A DNA stretch of 64,000 nucleotides from Candidatus Eiseniibacteriota bacterium (GCA_963707915.1 OY970178.1:3104001-3168000), one strand, 5' to 3'. Counted from the stretch's first letter, positions 21,447 through 31,724 are shown. Notes: a model not told the origin generated them from the letters alone. A program made the numbers and translations.

Positions 21447-22706
21447 GTGCGCGAATCCTCCTTGAAGACCATCCTCTTCGTCGATGACAGCCCGGCCGCT
21501 TCGTACGGTGGATCCAAGCGCGTCCTGGTGGACATCGCCACCCGTCTCGATCGTTCCGAGTGGCGCCCATACGCCGCCTTCCGTACCGACGGTCCGTACC
21601 GGGCCGAACTCGACGCCGCGGGGATCCCCACGCTGGTCTATGGCAGGCTCGCGCAGCGCTCCCGGTCGGTGGCGTTCCCGGCCTGGCTCCGGTGGCTCGG
21701 GCTCGACACCGCCCCCGAGGGGACGGTGCGCCGGGCCGCCCTGCGCCGCGCCCTCTGGAACGGGCGCGCGGCCTTCCGCTGCCTGTGGCCGGACCGCTTG
21801 CTGGCGCGCCGGCTGTGCGCCGCGCTGCCCCGCGACGTCGCGGTGGTCCACTACAACTCCCGCATGTCGGACGGCTGCGAGTGGGCGCACGTGGCGCGGT
21901 GGCTCGGCGCCGCGCTGGTGATCCACGATCACGAGGTGTGGCGGGAGCCGACCAGCCTGTATCGCCGCGTGGCGCGCCGGGCCGCGTGCCTGGTCTGCCT
22001 GACGGAGGAGCGCGCGGGGAAGCTGCGCGAGTTCTGCGGAAGCGCCATCCGGGCGACGGTGGTCTCCAACGGGGTCGATCTGGACGCGCTCCAGGCCCGC
22101 CGCGAGCCGGACAAGGTCGCCGCGCTCCGGGCGGAACTGCGGGGCCGCCCGCTGCTCGTGACGGCCGCTCACTACCGGCCCTGGAAGGGGCAGCTGCAGG
22201 CCCTCGACGCGGCGGCGCGGCTGGTCGCCGAGGGCCGCTCGTTCCTCTGGAGGTTCTGCGGGCACCCGTCGGACCCGGCCTACTTCGAGGCCCTCCAGGC
22301 CCGGGTCGGGGCCCTCGGCCTCGGGAGCCACGTCGTCATCGAGCCGCACCGGGACGACGTGCCGGCGCTGCTCGAGGCCGCCGACGTCGCGGTGCACACC
22401 TCGATCGAGACCGAGCCGTTCAGCCTCTCCATCCTCGAGGCCATGGGCTTCGGCGTTGCCGTCGTCGCGGCGCGTGCCGGCGGACACACGGAGGTCGTCC
22501 GCCACGGCGTGGAGGGTCTCCTCTACGCCCCGCGGGACGTGGCGGATCTGGCGGAGGCGCTCGCCGCGCTGCTCGCGGACCCGGCGCTTCGGCAGCGGCT
22601 CGGCGCGGCCGGCCTGGAGCGCGTTCGCACCTCCTACTCCCTCGCCACCCAGGTGGAGCGCCTCGAAGCGATCTACCGGGAGGCCGTCCTCGCGGGAGCC
22701 GGCTAG
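21447..22706 (+). CDS. Glycosyltransferase family 4
   Basis: NGVD, KGQ and EPFSLSILEAMGFG (E-x7-E) motifs. Confidence 0.88.
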   Translation: MRESSLKTILFVDDSPAASYGGSKRVLVDIATRLDRSEWRPYAAFRTDGPYRAELDAAGIPTLVYGRLAQRSRSVAFPAWLRWLGLDTAPEGTVRRAALRRALWNGRAAFRCLWPDRLLARRLCAALPRDVAVVHYNSRMSDGCEWAHVARWLGAALVIHDHEVWREPTSLYRRVARRAACLVCLTEERAGKLREFCGSAIRATVVSNGVDLDALQARREPDKVAALRAELRGRPLLVTAAHYRPWKGQLQALDAAARLVAEGRSFLWRFCGHPSDPAYFEALQARVGALGLGSHVVIEPHRDDVPALLEAADVAVHTSIETEPFSLSILEAMGFGVAVVAARAGGHTEVVRHGVEGLLYAPRDVADLAEALAALLADPALRQRLGAAGLERVRTSYSLATQVERLEAIYREAVLAGAG

Positions 22707-22707
22707 C

Positions 22708-23768
22708 TGTGGAGTCTCAGGACGTTGTTCTCACCCGGGGTCGCAACCGACTGAAGGGTGGTAGGCCGTCCAGACTACCGTGTGGACGTCTCTGGTTGTA
22801 GTAGCGAAGCCAGCGGGGCAGGACGCGGGCCCGGACCTCGGAGGTCAGGTAGGCGGCCCCGTAGGCCCACTCGCGGATCAGGGTCTGGATGAAGCGCTCG
22901 GCCTTGCCGTTCGTCCTCGGGCGGTAGGGCCGCGTACGTTTGTGGACCAAGCGCAGCCGTTCCACCTCGTGAGCAAAGCAGCGCGCGAGGTAGCCCGAGC
23001 CGTTGTCACTGAGGATTCGGCGGATGCGGATGCCCAAGGTGCGGAACCAGGCCACAGCACGACGCAGGAACGCTGCCGAGGTCACGCCGGTCTCGTCCCG
23101 CAGCACCTCGGCATAGGCGATCCGGCTGCGGTCGTCGATGGCGACGTGCACGTAGTCCCAGCCCACCCGATGACCCCGTCGCCGGCGGTCTCCGGTGATG
23201 CGGTGACCGTAGAAGCCACTGATCCGCCCCAGTTTCTTGACGTCGAAGTGGAGCAGGTCCCCCGGGCGACGATGCTGGTAGCGGTTCGCGGGCTCCTGCG
23301 GCTCGAGCTTCTGGAGCCGTTCCAGCCCGGCGCGTTTGAGCACCCGCGCCACCGTTGCCCGCGGACGCTTCAGGTCCCGGGCGATCTGCGGCCCGGTCAT
23401 CCTCGTGCGCCGCAGCAGCAGGATCATCTCCCGCCATTCGATCGGGGTCGCGTGGGGGTGGCGCCGAGGCCGCGAGCTGCGGTCCTGCAGGCTGGCCGAG
23501 TCCTCGGCCTGGTAGCGGCCCAGCCACTTGTGGGCCGTCCGGCGGCTGATCCCTGCGGCCGTGGCCGCTCGGGTCACGCTCCAGCCCGACTCCCGTACCC
23601 GGCCAACAAGCAGTGCTCGACTGGCAGGGCAGGTCCGTGCTCCACTGTGGAGGTTCATCCGGGGTTCCTCGCTGGTCAGACGTTGACGGCTTCGAACACC
23701 ACCAACATCTGTCAGAAGGACCCCGGTTGAACAGTCTCAACCTGTGAACAACCTAGTGAGACTCCACA
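22708..23768 (-). mobile_element. Complete IS481-family insertion sequence (1061 bp) with 6-bp GCTAGC target duplication
   Basis: Terminal IRs TGTGGAGTCTCAggacGTTGTTCtCA and TGTGGAGTCTCActagGTTGTTCaCA; GCTAGC at 22702-22707 and 23769-23774. Confidence 0.95.
22717..23658 (-). CDS. IS481-family DDE transposase
   Basis: HTH N-terminus; PGDLLHFDVKKLG, HVAIDDRSR, LSDNGSGY, PRTNGKAERF, YNQRRPHGSL. Confidence 0.95.
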   Translation of the reverse strand: MNLHSGARTCPASRALLVGRVRESGWSVTRAATAAGISRRTAHKWLGRYQAEDSASLQDRSSRPRRHPHATPIEWREMILLLRRTRMTGPQIARDLKRPRATVARVLKRAGLERLQKLEPQEPANRYQHRRPGDLLHFDVKKLGRISGFYGHRITGDRRRRGHRVGWDYVHVAIDDRSRIAYAEVLRDETGVTSAAFLRRAVAWFRTLGIRIRRILSDNGSGYLARCFAHEVERLRLVHKRTRPYRPRTNGKAERFIQTLIREWAYGAAYLTSEVRARVLPRWLRYYNQRRPHGSLDGLPPFSRLRPRVRTTS

Positions 23769-23769
23769 G

Positions 23770-24726
23770 CTAGCGGCCGACGAGCCGTCCGAGGGCCCTG
23801 CTCAGGACCTTCCCCGGGGCGAAGTCGTAGCGCAGGCTGGTGAGCAGGCAGCGCAATGCCGCCCCGGGGGCGTGGCGGCGGTCCAGGTGGTCGCGGCCCA
23901 GGGCCCACATGCGGCGGGCGTAGATCCGGCGATAGAGCGGGTCGCCCGTGTCGGCGAGCGGCCGGTGGTGGCGCGCGAACACCTGCTCGTACGCGCTCAG
24001 CAGCCGGGCGAAATCGGCGGTGATGCTCCCCGGGGTCTTGACGTAGCGGTACAGCGGGCCGGGCGCGTAGGCGGCGATCACTCCGGAGCGCACCATCCGG
24101 ATGCAGAGCTCCCAGTCCTCGTAACAGCGGAACGCGGGATCGTAGCCGCCGAGCCGCAGCAGCATCCCGCGCTCCAGCAGCACCGTCCGCTCCACGAAGC
24201 AGTGCTCGAGCAGGGCGGGGAGCCAGCCCGAGGTCGGGCCCGCCGGCAGAGCGCTCGCGCGGAACTGCTCGCCTTCGGCGTCCACGCGCACGATGTCGCT
24301 GATGCACCAGCCGGCCCCGGGCGTGCGCCCGACCGCGGCCAGCGCCCGTTCCAGTGCGCGCGGATCGAGCTCGTCGTCCGCGTCGAGCGGCATGATCCAC
24401 TCGCCGTGCGCGCGCCCGACCGCGGCGTTGCGCGCGGCGGAGACGCCGGCGTTGCGCTGCCGGATGACGGCGGCGACCCTGCCCTCCGCCGCGAGCCGCT
24501 CCAGCAGCTGCGGGGTGCCGTCGGTGGAGCCGTCGTCCACGGCGATCACCTCCAGCGCCGGGACGGTCTGGACCTCCACCGAGCGGACCGCGCGCTCCAG
24601 CGTGTTCGCGCGGTCGTGGACCGGGATGCACACGCTGATCGAGCCCCGCACCGACGGTGCCGGGGGGGCCGGGGTCCCGGGCGTGGCCGCGGCGGGACGC
24701 CGGGACGGGTGGGGGCTGTCTTCCAT
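23770..24726 (-). CDS. Glycosyltransferase family 2
   Basis: ISVCIPVHD, VDDGSTDGT, NAGVSAARN, LDADD and EDWEL motifs. Confidence 0.9.
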   Translation of the reverse strand: MEDSPHPSRRPAAATPGTPAPPAPSVRGSISVCIPVHDRANTLERAVRSVEVQTVPALEVIAVDDGSTDGTPQLLERLAAEGRVAAVIRQRNAGVSAARNAAVGRAHGEWIMPLDADDELDPRALERALAAVGRTPGAGWCISDIVRVDAEGEQFRASALPAGPTSGWLPALLEHCFVERTVLLERGMLLRLGGYDPAFRCYEDWELCIRMVRSGVIAAYAPGPLYRYVKTPGSITADFARLLSAYEQVFARHHRPLADTGDPLYRRIYARRMWALGRDHLDRRHAPGAALRCLLTSLRYDFAPGKVLSRALGRLVGR

Positions 24727-25119
24727 GTCCGTTCGCCTCGCGCCGTGATCGGTCGGTTCGCTCGCGGGCGTCCGGGCGCGCGGAAGACCCGACCGAAGCC
24801 CTGCCGAAGCGGGAGCACCCCGACCGGACTCGCTGCCGGGCTCGACAACACCGTGTGGCGCCGGTGCGTCACTCCCGGGCGTGGGAGGGGAGAAGAGCGG
24901 ACCCGGATACGCGTGTCAAGGGCGGCGTCTCACCGGGTTGCCGGCTCCGGCCCGGATCCCCGCGCGGGGCCGCGGGGGGACCCGTAGAGTGTGGCGGGGC
25001 CATGCATTCCGCCTTGGGAGCGGTCCAGACTTGTGCGCCGCCCGGGGCCGGTGCTCCCGGGGGCGGGGGTCCGCACTCTCAACCCCTTGCGCCGCAACCC
25101 CGGTTGCTCCAACATGCGG

Positions 25120-25135
25120 CGGCACGCTAGGTGCA
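25120..25135 (+). promoter_or_regulatory. sigma54-type -24/-12 promoter
   Basis: CGGCACGCTAGGTGCA: GG-N10-GC with GGCACG and TGCA context, about 65 bp before ATG 25202. Confidence 0.6.
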
Positions 25136-25201
25136 ATCGTGGTGAGCCCTTTCCCGAACCACAGTCCCGGCTGAGGCTGGCGACCCTTGTCCCGAGGACC
25201 C

Positions 25202-27154
25202 ATGCACGTCATTCGTGATCGACAGCCGGCCGTCGTCGTCCGGAACGCCTTGATGAGGATCCTGCCGGTGCTGGGCTGCCTGCTCCTCGCGGCGGGCCCG
25301 AGCGCCGCGGCGACCTACTACGTGAGCACCGCCGGCAACGACGCGAACGTCGGCACCCAGTCCTTGCCGTGGCGCACGCTGGCCAAGGCCAATGCCACGC
25401 TCGTGGCCGGGGACGCCTGCTGGATCGCCGCCGGGACGTACGCCGACCCGATCCAGCCCGTCAACTCCGGCACGGGCTACCGCCCCGGCGGGATGATCAG
25501 CTACGTCGGCTCGATCGCGAACCCCGGGGGGGTCGTCGTTCCCTCGCTCGTGCTGCGGGGCCAGTACGTGAGCGTCAAGGGCGTGACCGTCACCATGCCG
25601 TCGACGTCACACCTGGGAGCCATCCTCTCGGGCACCCGCGACTCCCTGTCCTTCTGCACCCTCAACAACGAGTGGGTGCAGATCGACGGCGGCAGCGACA
25701 ACCTGATGGCGAACTGCACCATCAACGCGGGGCATTTCTTCTTCGACGGGCTGGGTACCGCCGACACGACCCCGTTCGTCGTGCGCGACACCATCCGGAA
25801 CTGCACCTTCAACCTGAACCCGACCGACCCTGCCCACACCTCCAACATCACGATGAGCTGGACCGGGGTGAAGTCGTGCCTCATCGACAGCTCCCGCTTC
25901 AACATCACGGCGGGGACGGCCGTCCCCGGTGGCGGCTTCACCAAGCTGTTCTACAGCCAGCGGAACCGGATCGCGGACTGCAAGTGGACGATGACCCTGA
26001 ACACCACCGGGAGCTGCGACGAGTGCTGGAGCTTCCGGATCCGCGACATCAGCCGCTTCAACGTCTTCGAGCGGGACACGTTCTACATGGACGGCGCCGG
26101 CGGTGCGCTGCACGTGGGGTTCTACGCGGCCTGCACGGGGGCGGTGGGGAACAACCTGGCCAACACCAACAACAAGTTCGACCACTGCCTGTGGAAGATC
26201 CCGGTCCAGACCCAGATCGGCGGGGCCGTGGTCTTCCAGGCCCCCGGGACCGCCGACACGCTGGACCACTGCACCATCATCTCGGGGGTCGATCCCGCGA
26301 TCGCGTTCAAGGGCGACGCCGCCACCGTCAACCCGAACTCGCTGGTCATCGACCACTGCACGTTCGTCAGCTTCGGGCCCGAGGGCCGGGTGTTCGACAA
26401 CAGCGACGGGTCGGGCGTGGCGCCGGGCGGGGCGAACGCGTTCACCAACTCGATCTTCTACGCCGCTGCCGCCGCTCCGACGCGGGCGCCGTACTGGCTC
26501 CGCTACCCGACGGGCGTGGCCTCGGATCGCAACCTGTTCTACTCGCAGGGCGGGTCGGGACGCGTGCTCGATCTCGGATTCGCGGACTACCACTCGCTCA
26601 CCCAGGCCTGTACGGACCACGGATACGACTGCAATTCCGTCTTCGGGAACCCGGCGTTCGCCGTCTCGAGTTCGGTCGCGGCCTTCGACCCGCGCCTGCT
26701 GTCGGGCTCCGCGGCGATCGGCCGGGGGGCGGGCGGGAGCGACATCGGCGCGTTCCCTTTCGTCCCCGGCGGCGCTGACCTGACCCCTCCGGCCACGGTC
26801 ACGAACCTGGCGGTCGTGCAGGTGGGCGTCGACTACGCGCTGCTCGGCTGGACCGCCCCGGGCGACAACGGCACCACGGGCACGGTCGCCGCCTACGACC
26901 TGCGCACCTCGACGCAGCCCATCACCGCGGCCAACTTCGCCGCCGCGACCGCGGTGGCGGTGGCGCCCGCGATCCTGCCGGCGGGATCGGCCCAGAGCTA
27001 CGCGGCCACCGGGCTCACCGCATCGACGCCGTACTACTTCGCGCTCAAGGCGCGCGACGCGGCCGGCAACTGGTCCACGGTCAGCAACGTGCCCACGACC
27101 ACCACGACCGCGACGGACCAGGTGCCGCCGGCGCGGATCACCGACCTCCACTAG
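25202..27154 (+). CDS. Secreted right-handed beta-helix (pectin-lyase-like) protein with C-terminal FN3 domain
   Basis: Signal peptide then ATYYVSTAGNDAN...PWRTLAKA, NCT/HCT beta-helix repeats, SDIGA, FN3 motif (LGWTAPGD...YYFALKARDAAGNWS). Confidence 0.8.
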   Translation: MHVIRDRQPAVVVRNALMRILPVLGCLLLAAGPSAAATYYVSTAGNDANVGTQSLPWRTLAKANATLVAGDACWIAAGTYADPIQPVNSGTGYRPGGMISYVGSIANPGGVVVPSLVLRGQYVSVKGVTVTMPSTSHLGAILSGTRDSLSFCTLNNEWVQIDGGSDNLMANCTINAGHFFFDGLGTADTTPFVVRDTIRNCTFNLNPTDPAHTSNITMSWTGVKSCLIDSSRFNITAGTAVPGGGFTKLFYSQRNRIADCKWTMTLNTTGSCDECWSFRIRDISRFNVFERDTFYMDGAGGALHVGFYAACTGAVGNNLANTNNKFDHCLWKIPVQTQIGGAVVFQAPGTADTLDHCTIISGVDPAIAFKGDAATVNPNSLVIDHCTFVSFGPEGRVFDNSDGSGVAPGGANAFTNSIFYAAAAAPTRAPYWLRYPTGVASDRNLFYSQGGSGRVLDLGFADYHSLTQACTDHGYDCNSVFGNPAFAVSSSVAAFDPRLLSGSAAIGRGAGGSDIGAFPFVPGGADLTPPATVTNLAVVQVGVDYALLGWTAPGDNGTTGTVAAYDLRTSTQPITAANFAAATAVAVAPAILPAGSAQSYAATGLTASTPYYFALKARDAAGNWSTVSNVPTTTTTATDQVPPARITDLH

Positions 27155-27233
27155 GGGCGGGTCGCCGGCCGAAGAACCCGGGCCGGCGGAGGCCGGGACG
27201 CCCGCACGCAGCACCGTGCGGTGGCGCGCGGTC

Positions 27234-28550
27234 CTAGAGGGCGCTGCGCTGGGGCGAGTAGAAGACCACCTTGTTCTTGGGCGGGCGCTTGGCCCTCAGC
27301 AGCGCCTGGTTGGCGGCGCGCCACAGGTCCTCGCCGCTCAGCGCGTGGTCCGGGAACAGCGCCACCCCGAGGCTCATCGTCACGCCCACCGGGTGCCGCT
27401 TGCGGTCGAGCCCCTCGACCTCGATGGCGAGCCGCTCCACCACCGAGCGCAGGCGCTCCGAGACCGTCACCACGTCGTGGGCGTGCACCGGTGAAGTGAG
27501 CAGCACGGCGAACTCCTCGCCGCCCCAGCGCGCCACCGTGTCGAAGGGACGCACGCCGTGGCTCAGCGACTGCGCCACCTGCACCAGCACCTCGTCGCCG
27601 GCCCCGTAGCCGAACGAGGTGTTGAACGACTTGAAGTCGTCGATGTCCGCGATGCACAGCGCCATCGAGGTGCGTTCGCGCTGGGCGCGCGCCATCTCGT
27701 TGCGCAGTTGCAGGTCGAAGTACGAGCGGTTGTAGACCGCGGTGAGCGGATCGATGAAGATCAGCTTCTCGATGCGGGCGGCGCGCTCCAGGACGCCGGC
27801 GCACGAGTCCGCCAGCAGGGCCACCAGCGCCAGCGCGTCGGGCGGGAAGCGGTCGGCGTCGCGCGACAGCACCTCGAGCAGCCCCAGCGGCTCGCCTTCG
27901 AACGTGGCGGCGGCCGCGATCACGGCCGAGCGGATCCCGCGCCGCCGGCCTTCGGCCACGAGCGCGGGACAGCGCTCCGTGTCGGGGCAGTAGAGCAGCG
28001 CGTCGGGCCTCCCGCGCGCCTCGGCGGCGAGCGCGGCGGAGAGCGGTTCGGGGCCGGTGGCCTCGTCGCCGGGGGGGACGAAGCGGACCTCGCTGGCGCC
28101 GAGCAGCTCGCGGCCGGCCCGGTCGAGCTGCTCGATCAGCCCGGGGCGGGTCTGGCCGGAGCGCGGGTCGAAGGCGAGCATGGCCTCGTCGAGCCTGAGC
28201 AGCCGGCGCACCTGCTCGAGCCCGGTCTGGGCCTGCTCGGGCAGGCTCGACCGCAGCACGACCAGCAGCCCGGTGCGCTCCAGTGGGGCGGGCTGCTCGA
28301 GCGTGATGATCCCAAGGGTGTCGCGGGTCTGCCAGCGCCGCACGCGCCGGCCGTTCTCGGAGTCGGGCATGCGGCGCACCGCGCCGGTCTCCTCGAGGCG
28401 CGCGAGCGCGAAGAGGGCGGCCTGCTCGAGCTGGGCCGAGACGCCGGTCTGGAGCGCGCGCTGGACGCGCAGGCGGTCGGTGGGGGGCAATTCGTCCAGC
28501 GGGAGCAGGTGCTCGATGAGCTCCCGAAAGTCGATCGCCTTCTGTCGCAT
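27234..28550 (-). CDS. GAF-GGDEF diguanylate cyclase
   Basis: DPLTAVYNR, DIDDFK, RxxD I-site (RPFD) and GGEEF; upstream GAF-like region. Confidence 0.88.
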   Translation of the reverse strand: MRQKAIDFRELIEHLLPLDELPPTDRLRVQRALQTGVSAQLEQAALFALARLEETGAVRRMPDSENGRRVRRWQTRDTLGIITLEQPAPLERTGLLVVLRSSLPEQAQTGLEQVRRLLRLDEAMLAFDPRSGQTRPGLIEQLDRAGRELLGASEVRFVPPGDEATGPEPLSAALAAEARGRPDALLYCPDTERCPALVAEGRRRGIRSAVIAAAATFEGEPLGLLEVLSRDADRFPPDALALVALLADSCAGVLERAARIEKLIFIDPLTAVYNRSYFDLQLRNEMARAQRERTSMALCIADIDDFKSFNTSFGYGAGDEVLVQVAQSLSHGVRPFDTVARWGGEEFAVLLTSPVHAHDVVTVSERLRSVVERLAIEVEGLDRKRHPVGVTMSLGVALFPDHALSGEDLWRAANQALLRAKRPPKNKVVFYSPQRSAL

Positions 28551-28800
28551 GGGGCGTCCCTGCCTCGATTCCGATGCCATCGGGTGCGGCCCTCCGGAGC
28601 CCTGACGAGGTGCGATCTCACGAGGTGCTGGGCCCGCCGATCCCGGTGCGGAGCGAGACAATGGTAGCACAGCCGGGGGGCGCCGGAGCCGTCGCGCGAC
28701 GGACGCGGCGGGCGAGTGGGGCGGCGAGGCGCGGGGCCGGGGCATTCGACCCAGCGGGGGCTCCGCGCCGGGCGGTCGGGCGCGGCCCGTCCGGGGGAGG

Positions 28801-28911
28801 CTAGCGGAAGAACGTGAAGCGCAGGATCAGCAGCAGGAAGAGCAGCAGCAGGTAGAACTGCAGGAAGTACAGGGCGAACCGCTTGCCCTTGGTCATCTTC
28901 ACCGGGGGCAT
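28801..28911 (-). CDS. 36-aa single-TM small protein
   Basis: Not in the ORF track. MPPVKMTKGKRFALYFLQFYLLLLFLLLILRFTFFR*, 7 bp downstream of the MgtE-CBS gene, with a GAGG RBS. Confidence 0.6.
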   Translation of the reverse strand: MPPVKMTKGKRFALYFLQFYLLLLFLLLILRFTFFR

Positions 28912-28918
28912 GGCGGCC

Positions 28919-30208
28919 TCACGTCCTCACCTTGGTCACGACACCCTTCATGACCTCGTTGTAGCGCACCACCCCGAGCAGGTGGTCGTGGTGGTCGACG
29001 ACCGGCAGCAGCCGGTAGTGGTACTTCACGAACAACTCCTGCAGGTCGTCCCGCAGGTCCTCGGCCTCGGCGCTCACCACCGGGGAGATCATGATGTCGC
29101 CCATCAGGGTGTCGTCCTGCGCCAGCACCAGGTCGCGCAGGTCCACCACGCCCTCGAGCACGCGCTCCTCGCCCTCGACCACGTAGACGTACGAGATGCC
29201 ATCGGCCTCGCGGCCGGAGCGGCGGATGTCGCCCAGCACCTCGCCCACGCGGCTCTCCTTGCCGACCGCGAGGAAGTCCGGGGTCATCAGCGAATGGGCG
29301 GTGACCTCGCGCTCCGAGAGGATGGCGTGGAGCCGCCGGGCGGTCTCGGCGGGCAGCATCTTCGTGAGCTCGGTCACGTGGGCATGGGGCAGCACGGTGA
29401 AGAGGTCGGCGAGCTGGGCGACGTTCATCTCCGCGAGCACGGACCGTGCCCGCTCCTCGCGCATGTCGGCGATGATCTGGCGCTGGGCGCGCGGCTCGGC
29501 CTCGAGCAGGGCCTCGGCCGCGGTCTCGGAGTCGAGCGCCGAGAACAGCGCCTCCTGCTCCTTGCCGGAGAGCTCCTCGAGCGCGTCGGCCAGGTCCTCG
29601 GGCGGCAGGTCCACGAGCTGTTTGCGCGTCACCGAGAGCGACACCTTGTCGGTGCTGACGGCGTCCTCGAGGTTGAGCGGCTGGACGTACTTCCAGGTGA
29701 TCAGGTTCTCCTTGAAGAGCTGGAGCCATCCCAGGTGCCAGCGGCGCAGGAAGCCGTTGAACGAGGTGTCCACGTGCACCACGGCCAGCCGGCCGCGGCT
29801 CTCCAGCAATTGCACGTCGTTCACGGCCTCGACGCGGCGGCCGTCGATGTCGAGGATGGTGCGTCCGACCAGGTGGTTCTCGAGCAGCATCCAGCCCGGC
29901 TGGTCCACGAACGGGGGATAGGCCTCGCCCGCCTCGGGCGGCTGCACGAAGATGGCGTCGTCCTCGATGCGCAGCACGCGCTTCCACGGCACGAACTCGG
30001 TGGGCTTGCCCCAGCCGTGCTCGACGACGATGCCGACCGCCTCCGGGTAGAGCTCGGCGAGCGAGAAGACCAGGTCGTCCACCTTGCCGATGCGGTCGTG
30101 GATCTTGCCCTTGCAGACCGGGCGGTGGATCAGCTGCGAGAAATAGAGGAACCGGAACTCTCCCGGCAGCTCGAGGTTCTTCGTGCTCTTCTGGGTGGTC
30201 GCGGTCAT
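28919..30208 (-). CDS. Soluble MgtE-N + CBS-pair protein (PRC-like N-terminus, no membrane domain)
   Basis: GGAGGTGA RBS, MTATTQK start; LPPEDLADALEEL, YVYVVE...LEGVVDLRDL, LLPVVD...LLGVV. Confidence 0.85.
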   Translation of the reverse strand: MTATTQKSTKNLELPGEFRFLYFSQLIHRPVCKGKIHDRIGKVDDLVFSLAELYPEAVGIVVEHGWGKPTEFVPWKRVLRIEDDAIFVQPPEAGEAYPPFVDQPGWMLLENHLVGRTILDIDGRRVEAVNDVQLLESRGRLAVVHVDTSFNGFLRRWHLGWLQLFKENLITWKYVQPLNLEDAVSTDKVSLSVTRKQLVDLPPEDLADALEELSGKEQEALFSALDSETAAEALLEAEPRAQRQIIADMREERARSVLAEMNVAQLADLFTVLPHAHVTELTKMLPAETARRLHAILSEREVTAHSLMTPDFLAVGKESRVGEVLGDIRRSGREADGISYVYVVEGEERVLEGVVDLRDLVLAQDDTLMGDIMISPVVSAEAEDLRDDLQELFVKYHYRLLPVVDHHDHLLGVVRYNEVMKGVVTKVRT

Positions 30209-30221
30209 GGTCACCTCCGGC

Positions 30222-31540
30222 TCATCCCTGCGGGAAGAGCCCCGGGAAGAGGGTGCTGAGCGCGAACAGCGTCGAGACGATGACGATCGCCGATCACGAT
30301 GCTCCAGTTCACGATGTTCTGCCAGCGCGTGTTGACGTACTTCCCCATGAAGCCCTCGTCGTTGAGGATCAGCAGCAGGAAGACCAGGGCGACCGGCAGC
30401 AGGGTGACCGCCACGACCTGCACGTACATGGTGATGGTCACGAGCGGGGCGCCGGGGATGAGCACCACGGCCCCGCTGGTGAGCAGCATGCCCAGGTAGG
30501 CCATGTAGAACCAGGGCGCGTCGCGCACGCTCTTGTTGAGCGAGTGGGCCCAGCCCAGCACCTCGCCCATCGCCCAGGAGGAGGACAGCGAGATGCACAG
30601 CGCGCCGAGGAAGCCGGCGTCGAACAGGCCGATGGCGAAGAGCTGCTGCGCCAGCCGGCCCTGCCCGTGGGGCAGCAGGGGCACCAGCGCGTCGGCGGTC
30701 TGCCGGGCGTCCTCGATCGCGATCGGCGGGCTGGTGGTAGTGAAGAGCGGCCCCGGTGACGATGATGATGAACGCCGCCACGATGCAGGTGAGCAGCGCG
30801 CCCGCCAGCGTGTCCCACTTGCCGAAGCGCACGTCGTGGATGTCGAGGCCCTTGTCCACGACCGAGCTCTGCTGGAAGAAGATCTGCCACGGCGTGATCG
30901 TGGTGCCGATGTTCGCCAGCAGGATGAAGATCAGGCCCGGGGTGAATCCGCCCGGGATCTCGGGCTTCACGAAGCCGTCGAGCACCTTGTTCCAGCCGGG
31001 TGCGCCCGGGGCATTCATGGCCCACAGGGCCGCCGGGATGTAGACCAGGTTGAAGATGCAGAAGAAGAGCGTCAGCTTCTCGAAGGTCCAGTAGCGCCCG
31101 GTCACCACCACCGTGAAGAGGATGGCGGTGACCCCCAGGAACGTGATCCAGGGCGGCACGCCGAAGATGCTCGCCGCCGCGATCATGCCGATGTACTCGG
31201 TCACCAGCGTGAGCCAGTTCACGATCGCCAGGTCGAACAGCGAGAACCATCCCCAGACCGGCCCGAAGCCCTCGAAGATGGCCTCGGCGTGCCCGCGCTT
31301 GGTGACCGCCCCCAGCCGCACGGTCATCTCCTGGATGTAGTAGGCGATCGGGACCAGCAGGAGGAAGATCCACAGCAGGCTGAAGCCGTATCGGGATCCG
31401 GTCACGGCGTAGGTGGAGATGCCGCCGGCGTCGTTGTCGGCCACCATGGTGATGATGCCCGGGCCCAGCACGGCGGCGAAGATCGTGATCTGCCGCCGGA
31501 AACGCGAGAGCTTGTGGATGCTCTTGCTGAGCCAGTACAC
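30222..31540 (-). pseudogene. NRAMP-related Mg2+ transporter (DNDAGG type) with two +1 frameshifts (pseudogene or sequencing errors)
   Basis: GPGIITMVADNDAGGISTY, QEMTVRLG, ANIGTTITPWQIFFQQS; the reading frame jumps at about 30728 and about 30290, and the protein continues coherently to TGA 30222. Confidence 0.8.
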
Positions 31541-31608
31541 GTGCACCTCGAGGTGGGTCCGGCAGGGGGGCGGAGGCCTGGGCAGCCTGGCGCTGGACGA
31601 TTCGGCGC

Positions 31609-31637
31609 AGAGTAGGCCGCGGCTCCGCGGTCGGCAA
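31609..31637 (-). promoter_or_regulatory. Putative sigma70 promoter of the NRAMP operon
   Basis: TTGCCG-N17-TACTCT on the minus strand. Confidence 0.4.
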
Positions 31638-31694
31638 GCGGAAATGGGCCGGATGCGCGCCGGGACGCGACGCGCGACGCGAATTGGAAACGGC

Positions 31695-31724
31695 TTGACA
31701 CTCCGCGACGGAGGCCGATACGGT
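31695..31724 (+). promoter_or_regulatory. Putative sigma70 promoter of the PTS-IIA operon
   Basis: TTGACA-N18-TACGGT with a CTCCG-cga-CGGAG palindrome in the spacer. Confidence 0.4.

Noticed and set aside
27234..28550. Hypr-type (cGAMP-making) GGDEF linked to EET regulation
   Set aside because: The specificity position is Asp (GYGAGDEVL), not Ser/Thr, so it looks like an ordinary diguanylate cyclase.
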